Shown in pieces: positions 31,223 through 42,183 of a stretch of 64,000 bases of DNA. The notes beneath the pieces are model-generated. The model was not told where the DNA came from. It saw only the letters and a program-made list of their open reading frames with translations, and ran no database searches. Where the stretch lies: the NCBI GenBank assembly GCA_009840445.1, contig VXNS01000008.1:2715-66714 (forward strand). The letters are read 5' to 3'. Position 1 is the stretch's first letter. The number at the start of each line of letters is the position of its first letter. This DNA comes from Synechococcus sp. SB0662_bin_14. Its GTDB lineage: Bacteria > Cyanobacteriota > Cyanobacteriia > PCC-6307 > Cyanobiaceae. Both the position numbers and the translations under genes were made by a program.

Positions 31223-31900
31223 CTAGGGGCCTGGTGGCGTCACCAGGCCCATCTCCATCAACAACCTCAGCACGTCGTCAAAGTCATGCCAGGGGTGGAA
31301 GTGTGTCCCCCGCTCCGTCAGCAACCCGGCCAGAACGTCCCTGGCAAAAACCGTGTCCGCCGCCGCCGCCATGCGCACGTCCGTGATGCCGTCGCCAACA
31401 GCAATGGTGTGACCCTGACCGTACGCTTCCATGACCAGCGCCTTTGCCACCAGTTCCTCCTCGGAGCTGTAGGGGCTGTGAACGTGGTGACGGGTGCCCC
31501 CGTGGTTCTGGGGGACAGGCAGGCCTGCAATGATGGCTCTGAAGCGATGGCGGTGCTCGTGGAGCACCGCCTCAACCAGAGGGAGAAAACCGCCGGACAC
31601 CACCACAACGGGGATGCCGGCCCGATCCATGGCGTCGAGGAAGCGCAGGAAGCCGGGTCGCGGGACAAACGTGGCCATCCGCCGCTCCATGGCTGCCAGG
31701 TGCCGGGCCGTGAGGACGGCGCCCAGTTGATCCATGGCCTCTCGAAGCGTGACCCGAAAGCACAGCAGGTCCCCCTTGAGACGACGCCAAAAGTCTCCGT
31801 AGGCGTCCTCCATCAACAGGTCGAAGGTGTCGACGGGGGTGATGGTGCCGTCGAAGTCGCAGAAAACCGTGGCTGGAACCACGGGCCTATCCAGAACCAT
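31223..31900 (-). CDS. HAD-IB phosphatase (MtnX-like)
   Basis: FCDFDGTIT, VVSGG and GDGITD...ADTVFAR motifs. Confidence 0.8.
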   Translation of the reverse strand: MVLDRPVVPATVFCDFDGTITPVDTFDLLMEDAYGDFWRRLKGDLLCFRVTLREAMDQLGAVLTARHLAAMERRMATFVPRPGFLRFLDAMDRAGIPVVVVSGGFLPLVEAVLHEHRHRFRAIIAGLPVPQNHGGTRHHVHSPYSSEEELVAKALVMEAYGQGHTIAVGDGITDVRMAAAADTVFARDVLAGLLTERGTHFHPWHDFDDVLRLLMEMGLVTPPGP

Positions 31901-31997
31901 CGGTGGCGGACCGGAGACTGACCTAATATTTGCCTGGAACCACCGCCAGCAGCGCGCCATGGGTGCCAGCTTTTTGCCAGCATCGGGTTCGGAGTTC

Positions 31998-32732
31998 ATG
32001 GGTCGGCTACGGCTTTCAGGGGCCAGCTTCAGGGGACCGGCGCTGCTCCAGGTTGTGGAGGCCGCCTTGCCAAGGCTCAATGGACGTCAATCTCTGGAAC
32101 TGGATTGTGGGGACTGGCGATTAAGCTGCGGAGACCTGGAGCAACTGCAAGAGCTACTGCTGCAACACAGTCTGCATCTGGTTGCTCTGCGCTCCGTCGA
32201 ACCGCGAACCATTGTGGCTGGCACTGCCCTGGGGCTCATGGCCCAGCCCCGGATGCCAGCGCCCCAGGCGCAGCAGCAGCCCCCTCGCCCCCCCCAGGAC
32301 CCGGCGCCGAAAGCTTACCTTTACGAGGGGCGCCTCCACTCCGGGGACTGTCTGGAACACGGGGCCACGGTGGTGGTTTTAGGGGACGTCAACCCCGGAG
32401 CCCAGATCCGTGCCGCCGGAGACGTGATTGTCTGGGGACGACTGCGGGGCATGGCTCATGCCGGCAGCCGGGGCAATGGAGCCGCCCGCATCGCCGCCCT
32501 GCAACTGCAACCTCAGCAGGTGCGCATTGCCTCCACAACAGCCTTGGGGCCTGGCGAACATGGGCCGCCAGGGCAACCGGAGCAGGCTGTACAGCGCAAC
32601 GGTCAGATTGTGATTGAAGCTGCTACGCTTCTGCACGACCGCATGTCTGGCATGACGCAACGGCCCCCTGTTGCCAAGTCATCTGGCAAGATTAAAGCCA
32701 CCAACGCCTTGCGTCCCAGCTCTTCCCCATAG
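31998..32732 (+). CDS. minC: Septum site-determining protein MinC
   Basis: LHSG...GDVNPGA...GDVIVWGRLRGMAHAG. Confidence 0.92.
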   Translation: MGRLRLSGASFRGPALLQVVEAALPRLNGRQSLELDCGDWRLSCGDLEQLQELLLQHSLHLVALRSVEPRTIVAGTALGLMAQPRMPAPQAQQQPPRPPQDPAPKAYLYEGRLHSGDCLEHGATVVVLGDVNPGAQIRAAGDVIVWGRLRGMAHAGSRGNGAARIAALQLQPQQVRIASTTALGPGEHGPPGQPEQAVQRNGQIVIEAATLLHDRMSGMTQRPPVAKSSGKIKATNALRPSSSP

Positions 32733-32738
32733 CACACA

Positions 32739-33593
32739 ATGCCTTCTTCTGGTTTGATCGCACACATTGATGCCCTGAAGACCAACAACTGCCGCTCTAT
32801 TGTGCTGTGCTCAGGGAAGGGGGGTGTGGGCAAAACTACGCTCACCGCCAATCTTGGGGTTGCCCTGGCCAAGCTGGGGCACAAAACCTGTGTTGTGGAC
32901 GCAGACTACGGCTTGCGGAATCTGGACTTGCTGCTTGGCCTGGAAAGCCGCATTGTTTTTACGGCGCAGGAGGTGATTTCCGGCAGTTGCAGGCTGGGGC
33001 AGGCTCTAGTAAAACACAAGCACGAAGCAAACCTGATGCTGATGCCGGCGGGGAATCCTCGCATGATGGACTGGTTAAACCCGGAGCATATGCAGAGTCT
33101 GATTACCATGCTGGCGGACGGTTTTGACTTCATTCTGATTGATGCCCCGGCAGGTGTTGAGGACGGCTTCAAAAACGCTGTGGCCGGGGCCAGCGAGGCC
33201 ATCCTTGTGGTGAACCCTGAAATCTCCTCCGTACGGGATGCCGACCGGGTGGCGGGACTGCTCTCGTCTCAGGGCAGCGTGGACCTCATTCAACTGGTGA
33301 TCAACCGTGTGCGGCCCAGGATGGTGGAAAAGCTGGATATGATGTCCATTGAGGACGTCCTCGATATTCTGGCGGTTCCCCTTCTTGGAGTGGTCCAGGA
33401 GGACGAGCAGGTGATCATTTCCTCCAACCTGGGGGAACCTTTGGCCTTGGGTAAGTACAAATCACCTGCTGGCGCTGCCTACGGCAACATTGCTCGTCGT
33501 ATCCAGGGAGAAGAGGTCCCAATCCCTGATATCGACAAACCGGCGGGCTTTATAGACCGTCTTGGTGACTTTCTGTCCACGCGAATTATTTGA
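32739..33593 (+). CDS. minD: Septum site-determining ATPase MinD
   Basis: SGKGGVGKTT, DYGLRNLDLLLGLE and SSVRDADR motifs. Confidence 0.96.
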   Translation: MPSSGLIAHIDALKTNNCRSIVLCSGKGGVGKTTLTANLGVALAKLGHKTCVVDADYGLRNLDLLLGLESRIVFTAQEVISGSCRLGQALVKHKHEANLMLMPAGNPRMMDWLNPEHMQSLITMLADGFDFILIDAPAGVEDGFKNAVAGASEAILVVNPEISSVRDADRVAGLLSSQGSVDLIQLVINRVRPRMVEKLDMMSIEDVLDILAVPLLGVVQEDEQVIISSNLGEPLALGKYKSPAGAAYGNIARRIQGEEVPIPDIDKPAGFIDRLGDFLSTRII

Positions 33594-33602
33594 GGTGCCG
33601 CC

Positions 33603-33875
33603 ATGACCATTAGGGAATTGTTGAACCGTCTCTTTGGCAACACGAACACCAGCGCCAACTCTGCTTCCAGCCGTCTGCGCATGGTGCTGGCCCACGACCG
33701 CAGTGACTTGAGCCCCGCCATGCTGGATCAGATGCGCTTGGAAATCATGGAAGTGGTGTCCAAGTATTTGGAGTTGGACCATACCGGCAGTGAACTCACC
33801 CTGGAAACCGAGGAGCGCTCCACGGCTCTCGTGGCCAATTTGCCCATCCGCCGTGTCAGGAAGCTGGTGCGCTGA
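33603..33875 (+). CDS. minE: Cell division topological specificity factor
   Basis: [17 protein letters not shown]...ANLPIRRV. Confidence 0.95.
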   Translation: MTIRELLNRLFGNTNTSANSASSRLRMVLAHDRSDLSPAMLDQMRLEIMEVVSKYLELDHTGSELTLETEERSTALVANLPIRRVRKLVR

Positions 33876-34067
33876 TCACTTCTCCTGGTGGTCGAGCAGG
33901 TAGACGGCAAGCAAGGCATCCAAGCAGCAGGCCAGCGCGGCAAAGCTGCTCACAAGTCGCCAGAACGGGTTGGGCAACAACAGGCAGAGGGCAAGGCCAG
34001 TCAGCGCCAGACTGACGTCAACGAGAATGGCGCGACTCAGCCATTGCTCGGGAATCCTGGTTAACAT
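33876..34067 (-). CDS. Small hypothetical membrane protein (two TM segments)
   Basis: Hydrophobic 63-aa ORF that fills the gap exactly. Confidence 0.5.
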   Translation of the reverse strand: MLTRIPEQWLSRAILVDVSLALTGLALCLLLPNPFWRLVSSFAALACCLDALLAVYLLDHQEK

Positions 34068-34073
34068 AAGGTT

Positions 34074-35066
34074 TCAGGCAGATTGAAAAGGGTTTTGGGG
34101 CATCAGCGTGGCCAGGGTCTGACTGGTCTGGTCCAGGGCTTGGCGCTCATGGGCAGACAGGATCCAGCCTAGGGCCTGCTCCATAACGTTCACATGGCGC
34201 GGATGGCGCAGGCCGGGAATAGGAACGGTTCCATGGGCGCGGCACCAGTTGACGGCCACGCCAGCCGGTGTGGAGCCGTGGTCCGCCGCCATCTCCCCCA
34301 TCAATGCAAGCAGTGGCTCCAGTTGCGGCAACAGGCGGGCAAAGAGCAGGCCCCGGAGCCCGGATGGACCATGCCTGGCGGTGTACCGCCCGGTCAACAG
34401 GCCCAGGGCGAGGGGAGAATAGGCGATCACCTGGATGCCCAGCTCTCGACAAGTCTCCAGCACACCCCCCGGTTGGCGCGGCTGCTGGGACAGCAGGGAG
34501 AACTGCACCTGCACACTGCGCAACGGCACACCGGCATCCGCCATCCAACCCGCCACATGGCGCAGCCCACGAGGACCCAGGTTGGACAGTCCCACGGCCT
34601 TGGCACCCCCAAGCCGCACCTGATCCACCAGTCCCTGCAACAAGGGCGTCTCCTGCCATGGGGCGTAACGGGCCGTACTCCAGTGGAGCTGCACCAGGTC
34701 AATGGGTCGCCCCAGCCGTTGACGGGAAGCTGCCGCAGCCTTGCAAAAGCCGCGACGCCCCAGGCGCCAAGGGTAGGGCGCCAACTTGGTGGCCACGGTC
34801 ACCCGTTGGCGCTGTCCCGGTGGCAGGCGGGACAGACCTTGGCCCAGCAGGCTTTCGCTGCGCCCCTGAAGCTTGCCGGTGCCATAGGAGTCGGCAGTGT
34901 CGAAGAAGGTGAGCCCGGCCTTGATGCACGCTTGAAAGGTATGGAGCAGCAGGGGATCATCCCGCTGGGGGTCGTAGTTCCAGAGCAGGCGGTTGCCCCA
35001 GGACCAGGTGCCCACCCCGATGGGCGCCACGGCCGGTGTGCCCCACATCTGATCTTCTCCGCCCAT
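34074..35066 (-). CDS. Aldo/keto reductase
   Basis: GVGTWSWG, FDTADSYG, VATK and AYSPLALG motifs. Confidence 0.93.
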   Translation of the reverse strand: MGGEDQMWGTPAVAPIGVGTWSWGNRLLWNYDPQRDDPLLLHTFQACIKAGLTFFDTADSYGTGKLQGRSESLLGQGLSRLPPGQRQRVTVATKLAPYPWRLGRRGFCKAAAASRQRLGRPIDLVQLHWSTARYAPWQETPLLQGLVDQVRLGGAKAVGLSNLGPRGLRHVAGWMADAGVPLRSVQVQFSLLSQQPRQPGGVLETCRELGIQVIAYSPLALGLLTGRYTARHGPSGLRGLLFARLLPQLEPLLALMGEMAADHGSTPAGVAVNWCRAHGTVPIPGLRHPRHVNVMEQALGWILSAHERQALDQTSQTLATLMPQNPFQSA

Positions 35067-35100
35067 CCCCGATTCGCTCCCACGGATCAGGCACGCCAAT

Positions 35101-35913
35101 CTAGCCGGGACCTAAACAGGTAATGGCCATGGGCAGGCCTGCCGCGTCCGTCGCCGGGATGCTGGGCAGTGTTTGACGTTGCCTGTCCATGGCCACGGCA
35201 AGGCATGCAAGGGCATCCACCAGGTCATGGCGTTGGAGGTGACGGCTGCTGCTGCGAACGAGGGCTTGATCCACAAATCCTGTGGGATCCCAGCCCCAAT
35301 GCTGACCAAGGAGCTGGAGGCGCCGATGCTGACCTGAACGCCCGTGTTTGCTGACGGGTGCGGGCCACTGGGGTTGATGCCGTTGCTGCAGTTGCAAAAA
35401 CGTCAACTCCGGGTGGCATTCCCGCAACTGCCGGGGGCGCTGTGGCTGTGCCTGAAGCCAACCGTCCAGCTCCCGAATCCGCTTCAGGAGATGCCAACTC
35501 TGGATGGAGAGGCCTGGCCCACCCCCAGAGCGTTGCGCTGCCGTCGCCAGACCATGGCTGGGCAGAGACAGGCAGCAGCGCCCTGGTGGAGAAAACACAC
35601 TGCTGCTGCGCCCCGCGGGCGCCAGAAGGCGTCGCGCCCAGCGGTCACAGCAGCGGGACTGCCCATGACTGGTGAGGCCAATCGGCATGTCGATACACCC
35701 CACGTGCTGCTCACCCATCTCCAGGGACTTCAGGCTGGCCAACAGGGACAGGGTGAGTCTCTCGTCCGTCAGGCGCGCCAGAATCCAGCCCCCACGGCAA
35801 CCATCCAGACCCAGCCTCGCCACGGTGGGTGACCCTTGGGGACCGATGGGCCGCCTGATCACTGCGAGGGGCTGACCCAATCGTGGATCAGGCGTCGGAC
35901 CACTGCACTTCAC
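35101..35913 (-). CDS. DUF429 family protein (predicted nuclease fold)
   Basis: LGLDGCRGGW, IDMPIGL, ECHPEL and DLVDALAC motifs; start is uncertain. Confidence 0.85.
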   Translation of the reverse strand: MKCSGPTPDPRLGQPLAVIRRPIGPQGSPTVARLGLDGCRGGWILARLTDERLTLSLLASLKSLEMGEQHVGCIDMPIGLTSHGQSRCCDRWARRLLAPAGRSSSVFSPPGRCCLSLPSHGLATAAQRSGGGPGLSIQSWHLLKRIRELDGWLQAQPQRPRQLRECHPELTFLQLQQRHQPQWPAPVSKHGRSGQHRRLQLLGQHWGWDPTGFVDQALVRSSSRHLQRHDLVDALACLAVAMDRQRQTLPSIPATDAAGLPMAITCLGPG

Positions 35914-35939
35914 CTGTTAGGATGTCCTCCGCTTTGGCT

Positions 35940-36013
35940 GGCGGGCGTCGCCAAGTGGTTAAGGCAGCGGCTTGTGGCGCCGCTATTCGGGGGTTCGAAT
36001 CCCCTCGCTCGCC
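35940..36013 (+). tRNA. trnH: tRNA-His(GTG)
   Basis: GGCGGGCGTCGCCAAGTGGTTAAGGCAGCGGCTTGTGGCGCCGCTATTCGGGGGTTCGAATCCCCTCGCTCGCC; G-1 present; anticodon GTG. Confidence 0.97.
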
Positions 36014-36049
36014 CTTCACAACTTGTTTTGTTGGCCCCATAAGCTGGCC

Positions 36050-37153
36050 TCACAATCTGGCTGCTGCTCCCATTGCGGCTCCAACAACGGTTGAGTGTGT
36101 CTGGAGTTGGGCCAGGATGCCTGCCCCCCCAAAGCGTACGGGGTCGTCACAGAACAGACCGGTCTCCTGTTGGGCGGCGGCGATGGCGGCACGGGCCTCC
36201 TCTGGCTGGAGGTGGGCCGTATTCAGGGCAACGGCCCGCAGCCGACAGGGGAGCGACAGGGCAGGACAGGCCACGGCAGCCACGGTCTCGTAAAGCTTCA
36301 CCACCTGGGGCAACGGGGGAATGGGAACGGAGGGGCCGTCAGGGGCCAGGGAAAGCAGGCGTTGCTGTCGGGCCCGGTGCACCAGCACCAGATCGGTGGG
36401 CTGGCTGCCCCGCAACAGGGGAAGGGTGGCGGTAGAGCCGGGATGGAGCAGGGAGCCCTGGCCTTCCACCAGCACCCAGTCGGCGCCCGCGCCGGCCTCC
36501 AGCACCGCTGCCTCCACGGCGCCCGCCGCATAGTCCACCCGCACCGCATCCAGGGCAATGCCGCCGCCACTGATGAGGATGCCAGCTTGACCGGTGGCCA
36601 CAAAGTTCATGGCCAACCCCTGGTCCACCCCGGCCCGGTGCAACTCCAACGCGGCGCTCATCTTGCCCACAGCCATATCGGTGCCAACAAACAGCACCCG
36701 TCGAGCAGGGCTGCGGGCGGCACGGGCGGCACCGACCCGCTGCGGGTCGGGTTCACGGCGCAGGTCCCAAATCCAGCAATTCGGCCGCAGCAATGCGCGC
36801 AGCTTGGGGTCGTCAGCCATGGGGGTGTGCAGACCGTTAGCCAGGCTCAGGCCCGCGGCCAGGGCAGCCTCCACATCCCGACGCATCACCTCCGGAATCC
36901 GACCACCGGACGGGGCCAGGCCGATGGCGGCCACCGTGGGTCTCATGGGCAAAGCCTCTTCCAGGGTAGCCACCACGGGCACGGGACGGGGAATTCCCGT
37001 GACCTCAACCAACCGGGCCCCGGCGTTGTCGGGGTCAATCACCGCCACGATGGGACCACGTCGATAGCGCAGCATGGCAAGACCGGTCTTGCCGAGGAGA
37101 CTTTGCAGGCCACCGTGCTGGAGAAGAACCAGGGGGGCGGACGCACTCAGCAT
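36050..37153 (-). CDS. DUF1611 domain protein (DgcN-like N-acetyltransferase)
   Basis: GKTG, VGTDMAVGKMS, ATGQAG and VEGQGSL motifs. Confidence 0.88.
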   Translation of the reverse strand: MLSASAPLVLLQHGGLQSLLGKTGLAMLRYRRGPIVAVIDPDNAGARLVEVTGIPRPVPVVATLEEALPMRPTVAAIGLAPSGGRIPEVMRRDVEAALAAGLSLANGLHTPMADDPKLRALLRPNCWIWDLRREPDPQRVGAARAARSPARRVLFVGTDMAVGKMSAALELHRAGVDQGLAMNFVATGQAGILISGGGIALDAVRVDYAAGAVEAAVLEAGAGADWVLVEGQGSLLHPGSTATLPLLRGSQPTDLVLVHRARQQRLLSLAPDGPSVPIPPLPQVVKLYETVAAVACPALSLPCRLRAVALNTAHLQPEEARAAIAAAQQETGLFCDDPVRFGGAGILAQLQTHSTVVGAAMGAAARL

Positions 37154-38214
37154 TGGAGGGGTTTGGCAAGTTGAATGCCCAGACCAGGGGCAGTGCCGGG
37201 CCGGATCACGTCCTGGATCCGCTCAAGGCCCAGAAAGGGGTCATGGCGCAGATTAAGATGGCTGTCCAGGTCGGGCCATTGCACCAGGGGGAGCAGTTGG
37301 GCTGCAGCGCCGTTGAGCAGGCTGGTGTCCCCGTAGCAGCCCAGCATCAATCGGAGGCCCAACTGTTGGGCCACGCGGGCCATGAGCAGGGTTTGGCCCA
37401 GGCCACCGTGTTTGAGCAACTTCAGGTTCACCCCATCCACGTGGGGGGCGAGGCGGATCAGATCCTGAAGGGTCCAGCAACTTTCATCCACCACCAGGGG
37501 GAGGGGGCAGTGGAGATGTAGAGCAGCATAGCCTTCATGGTCGTTGCCGGCGGCAGGGAGAGGTTGCTCAAGCAACACTGCCCCTTGATCCGCCAGCCAT
37601 GGGGCCATGGCCATGGCCTGATCCAGATCCCAGCCCCCGTTGGCGTCAATTTGCACGTCCACGGGACGGGGCCAGCGTTCCAGCTCCTGAAACGTGGCCT
37701 GCACCAACTGCCGGTCATGGTCCAGGCCTTGGGGGCTGCCGAGTTTCAACTTGATGCGGCTGGGGTGCACCTGGTCAAACCATTGCCGCAGCCGTTGCCG
37801 CACCGCCGCCACGGAGCCGAGACCAACGGTTACGCTGGTGGCCCTACACCGTTGCCGATCCAGGCCCCAGAGACGCCAAAGGGGTCGCCCCAAGGCCTTG
37901 CCCCACCAGTCCCGGAGCGCCAGGTCCACCCCGCAGCGGGCTGGGGGGGAGAGGGTCTCCAGCAGCGGCTCACACTGTTGCCACTGATCCGGAGCATAGG
38001 GCTCCAGTTGGGGCCAAAGCCGGGCCAGCTCTGCCGCCACGGCTTCACCGGTGTAGTGGTGATGGCCTGTGTCCACATGACCCGTTTCCCCGAGTCCGGT
38101 GATGCCCCCATGGCTGATTTCCACCAGTAACCGCTCCAGACAGTGGGTTTGGCCACGGCTGATGGTGAGAGGAACGATTCTCTCAATCTGGAAGGAACGG
38201 CAGCAACCGTGCAT
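37147..38214 (-). CDS. Dipeptide epimerase / enolase-superfamily racemase (DgcA-like)
   Basis: KLKLG, IDANGGW, EQP, DES and NLKLLKHGG motifs. Confidence 0.88.
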   Translation of the reverse strand: MHGCCRSFQIERIVPLTISRGQTHCLERLLVEISHGGITGLGETGHVDTGHHHYTGEAVAAELARLWPQLEPYAPDQWQQCEPLLETLSPPARCGVDLALRDWWGKALGRPLWRLWGLDRQRCRATSVTVGLGSVAAVRQRLRQWFDQVHPSRIKLKLGSPQGLDHDRQLVQATFQELERWPRPVDVQIDANGGWDLDQAMAMAPWLADQGAVLLEQPLPAAGNDHEGYAALHLHCPLPLVVDESCWTLQDLIRLAPHVDGVNLKLLKHGGLGQTLLMARVAQQLGLRLMLGCYGDTSLLNGAAAQLLPLVQWPDLDSHLNLRHDPFLGLERIQDVIRPGTAPGLGIQLAKPLQC

Positions 38215-38294
38215 GAGCGACTGGTGTGCAGGTGGGCGCCGCTGGTGCAGCAATTGGGGAAGACTATAAAAACGTGAACCGCCGCAACGCCCTG

Positions 38295-39662
38295 ATGTTT
38301 CCCCTGGCCCCTGCCACCCATCCCTCCACCCCAGGCCGCCGCTATGCCATCACCACCTTTGGCTGCCAGATGAACAAGGCGGATTCCGAACGCATGGCCG
38401 GCATCCTGGAGGCCATGGGCTACCGCCATGAAGAGGACGAACTGGCTGCCGACCTGGTGATCTACAACACCTGCTCCATCCGGGACAACGCCGAGCAGAA
38501 GGTGTACAGCTATCTGGGACGACAGGCCCAGCGCAAGCGCCACAATCCCCGTCTCACGTTGGTGGTGGCAGGTTGTGTAGCCCAACAGGAGGGGGAAAGC
38601 CTGCTGCGGCGGGTCCCGGAGTTGGACCTGGTGATGGGACCACAACACGCCAACCGCCTGGGCAGCCTGCTGGAGCAGGTGGAGAGCGGCCAGCAGGTGG
38701 TGGCCACCGCGGAGCACCAGATCCTGGAAGACGTCACCAGGCCCCGACGGGAGAGCAGGGTCACGGCCTGGGTCAACGTGATCTACGGCTGCAACGAGCG
38801 CTGCACCTACTGCGTTGTTCCCGCTACCCGCGGCCGTGAGCAGTCCCGCGCACCGGAAGCCATTCGCAACGAGATCGAGACCCTGGCCCGACAGGGGTAT
38901 CGGGAGATCACTCTTCTGGGTCAAAACATTGATGCCTATGGCCGGGACCTGCCGGGCATCACCCCTTCGGGTCGGCGGCGCCACACCCTCACGGACCTGC
39001 TGCACTTCATCCACGACGTGGAGGGCATTGCGCGTATCCGCTTTGCCACCAGCCATCCCCGCTATTTCACCGAGCGGCTGATTGCTGCCTGCGCAGAACT
39101 GCCCAAGGTGTGCGAGCACTTCCATATTCCCTTCCAAAGCGGGGACGACCAGGTGCTGCGTCACATGGCCCGTGGCTACACGGTGGGCCGCTACCGCCGC
39201 ATCATCCGCACCATTCGCCGGTACATGCCGGAGGCTGCCATCAGCGCCGATGCCATTGTGGGGTTCCCCGGGGAAACGGAAGCCCAGTTCCGGAACACCA
39301 TGGCCCTGGTGGAAGAGATCGGCTTTGACCAGCTCAACACCGCGGCCTATTCACCCCGCCCCCACACCCCGGCCGCCACCCGGACAGACCAGGTGCCGGA
39401 GGCGGTGAAGGTGGAGCGACTGGGGCGCCTCAACAGTTGCGTAGAGCGTTGTGCCCGGCGTCGCAATCAACGCTATGCCCAGCAGGTGGTGGAGGTGTTG
39501 GTGGAGGGGCGCAACCCCAAGGATCCTGACCAGTTGATGGGTCGCACCCGCAGCAACCGGCTGGTGTTTCTGCCGGATGCGGGCCATGGGCCGGGGGATC
39601 TCGTGTCCGTCCGTATTGGCGCGGTGCGCCCCTTCTCCCTCAGCGGCTGTTCCCTGACGTGA
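38295..39662 (+). CDS. miaB: tRNA-2-methylthio-N6-dimethylallyladenosine synthase
   Basis: [20 protein letters not shown] and TRAM domain. Confidence 0.97.
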   Translation: MFPLAPATHPSTPGRRYAITTFGCQMNKADSERMAGILEAMGYRHEEDELAADLVIYNTCSIRDNAEQKVYSYLGRQAQRKRHNPRLTLVVAGCVAQQEGESLLRRVPELDLVMGPQHANRLGSLLEQVESGQQVVATAEHQILEDVTRPRRESRVTAWVNVIYGCNERCTYCVVPATRGREQSRAPEAIRNEIETLARQGYREITLLGQNIDAYGRDLPGITPSGRRRHTLTDLLHFIHDVEGIARIRFATSHPRYFTERLIAACAELPKVCEHFHIPFQSGDDQVLRHMARGYTVGRYRRIIRTIRRYMPEAAISADAIVGFPGETEAQFRNTMALVEEIGFDQLNTAAYSPRPHTPAATRTDQVPEAVKVERLGRLNSCVERCARRRNQRYAQQVVEVLVEGRNPKDPDQLMGRTRSNRLVFLPDAGHGPGDLVSVRIGAVRPFSLSGCSLT

Positions 39663-39702
39663 ACCCGGGGGACCACCGCCACGGTTCACCTGATAGGTTC
39701 CA

Positions 39703-40826
<1,124 letters not shown>

Positions 40827-40833
<7 letters not shown>

Positions 40834-41237
40834 AAGGCTTGCTCTGGCTCCCCCTGCTGGTGATCTTCGTGGTCCTGACGGCCCTCGGCTGGCTGGAGCG
40901 ACGGCGCCAGGCCTTGTTCCGTCGCTGGGCGGAAGGATCGGAACTGGCCAAGCTGGATGCCACCATGGCCATGCGCCTCCGGGATGGGCACATCAGTTGG
41001 GGATCTGTAGGCCCCAAAGGCGTTGAGTTGGCCGGGGACATTGCTGTGAAACATCTGGAGATCTGCGAGTTGATGGCGGATCGCTCCGGGGACGTGCCCC
41101 TCACGGACGAGGCTTACGGCCCCTGTCGTTTGCGCCTGGTTACGGAGGGTCGCAGTCTGGACATTCCGTTTAGTGACGCAGTGCGGGCCCGCCTGTGGGT
41201 AGATGAACTGATGTCTCGGGCGTGTTGCCAATTGTGA
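40827..41237 (+). CDS. Conserved hypothetical membrane protein
   Basis: N-terminal TM LLWLPLLVIFVVLTALGWLE; lies between ddl and ftsQ. Confidence 0.75.
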
Positions 41238-42001
41238 GGCCCAGATCCCAGGAGATCGGACAGGGGTGGTGGCGGCTGATCCAGTTATGGCGCCTGCTGG
41301 TGTTCAGTGGCGCTGTGGTGGGACTGGCCTGGGTGCTGCTGGAGAAAGGCTGGTGGGTCAAGACCGCCGGTCAGGTGGTGTTCCATGGCGCGTCTCCACA
41401 GGAGCACGGGACGCTGGTGGCGGCCAGCCCGCTCCAATTCCCCACCCCCTTGCTTGCAGTGGACCCTTCATCCATGGAGCAGCAGTTGCGGCGTTTGGCC
41501 TGGCCAACGCTCCAGGTGCAGGTGCAACGGGCCTTGGCGCCACCGCAACTGGTGGTTCACCTGCAGAACACCACTGCCCAGGCCTGGGCACGGCGTTCCT
41601 TTGCGGATCGGGTGGAGCGGGGCGTGCTGGACCACCAGTTCAATTGGACCAGGGTTGATGGACACCACCCGTTGGATCGTTTTCCCGTGGTGCGGCACCA
41701 CGTGCTGGTGGAGTTCTGGACCCCGGGCCGGCAAGACACGCTGGCTGAACTGTTCGCGGGTTTGGAGCACCTGCAGACGCCGGTGCAGACCATCCGGATC
41801 ACGGCAGACGGGCAATTGGTGCTGGGCACCTCCCAGGTTCTGGGGGAGGTGCACCTGGGCAAGCCGGATCATCTGGAGCGCAAGCTTGCCACCATGGATC
41901 ACCTTTACGCCCACCTCCAAAGAAGTGGGCCGCCGTTCTCCTATGCGAACGTGGATCTACGCAATCCTGATCAACCCAATCTTGGTTTATCAGAGGGGTA
42001 A
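41234..42001 (+). CDS. ftsQ: Cell division protein FtsQ/DivIB
   Basis: TM plus POTRA-like region, C-terminal VDLRNPDQP; directly upstream of ftsZ. Confidence 0.85.
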   Translation: MRPRSQEIGQGWWRLIQLWRLLVFSGAVVGLAWVLLEKGWWVKTAGQVVFHGASPQEHGTLVAASPLQFPTPLLAVDPSSMEQQLRRLAWPTLQVQVQRALAPPQLVVHLQNTTAQAWARRSFADRVERGVLDHQFNWTRVDGHHPLDRFPVVRHHVLVEFWTPGRQDTLAELFAGLEHLQTPVQTIRITADGQLVLGTSQVLGEVHLGKPDHLERKLATMDHLYAHLQRSGPPFSYANVDLRNPDQPNLGLSEG

Positions 42002-42183
42002 AGCTAAGGACAAACCCACTCCACTGATGCTGGAGGCTACTAGAATGCCCCATGCCCCATGGGGTCAGGCGTTATTTGAGATCTTAAGCTTCTGCACAGA
42101 ATTAAGGGCTTGACAATGGCAAGTCAATTTCGGACTTTGCTGCTACATTGAAACTGCCCTATTCCTAAACCTTGAGCAGAGCC

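Noticed and set aside
42110-42127. TTGAC-N8-GTCAA inverted repeat / -35-like hexamer upstream of ftsZ
   Set aside because: No correctly spaced -10 element and no regulator can be assigned; a 5-bp arm is weak evidence.
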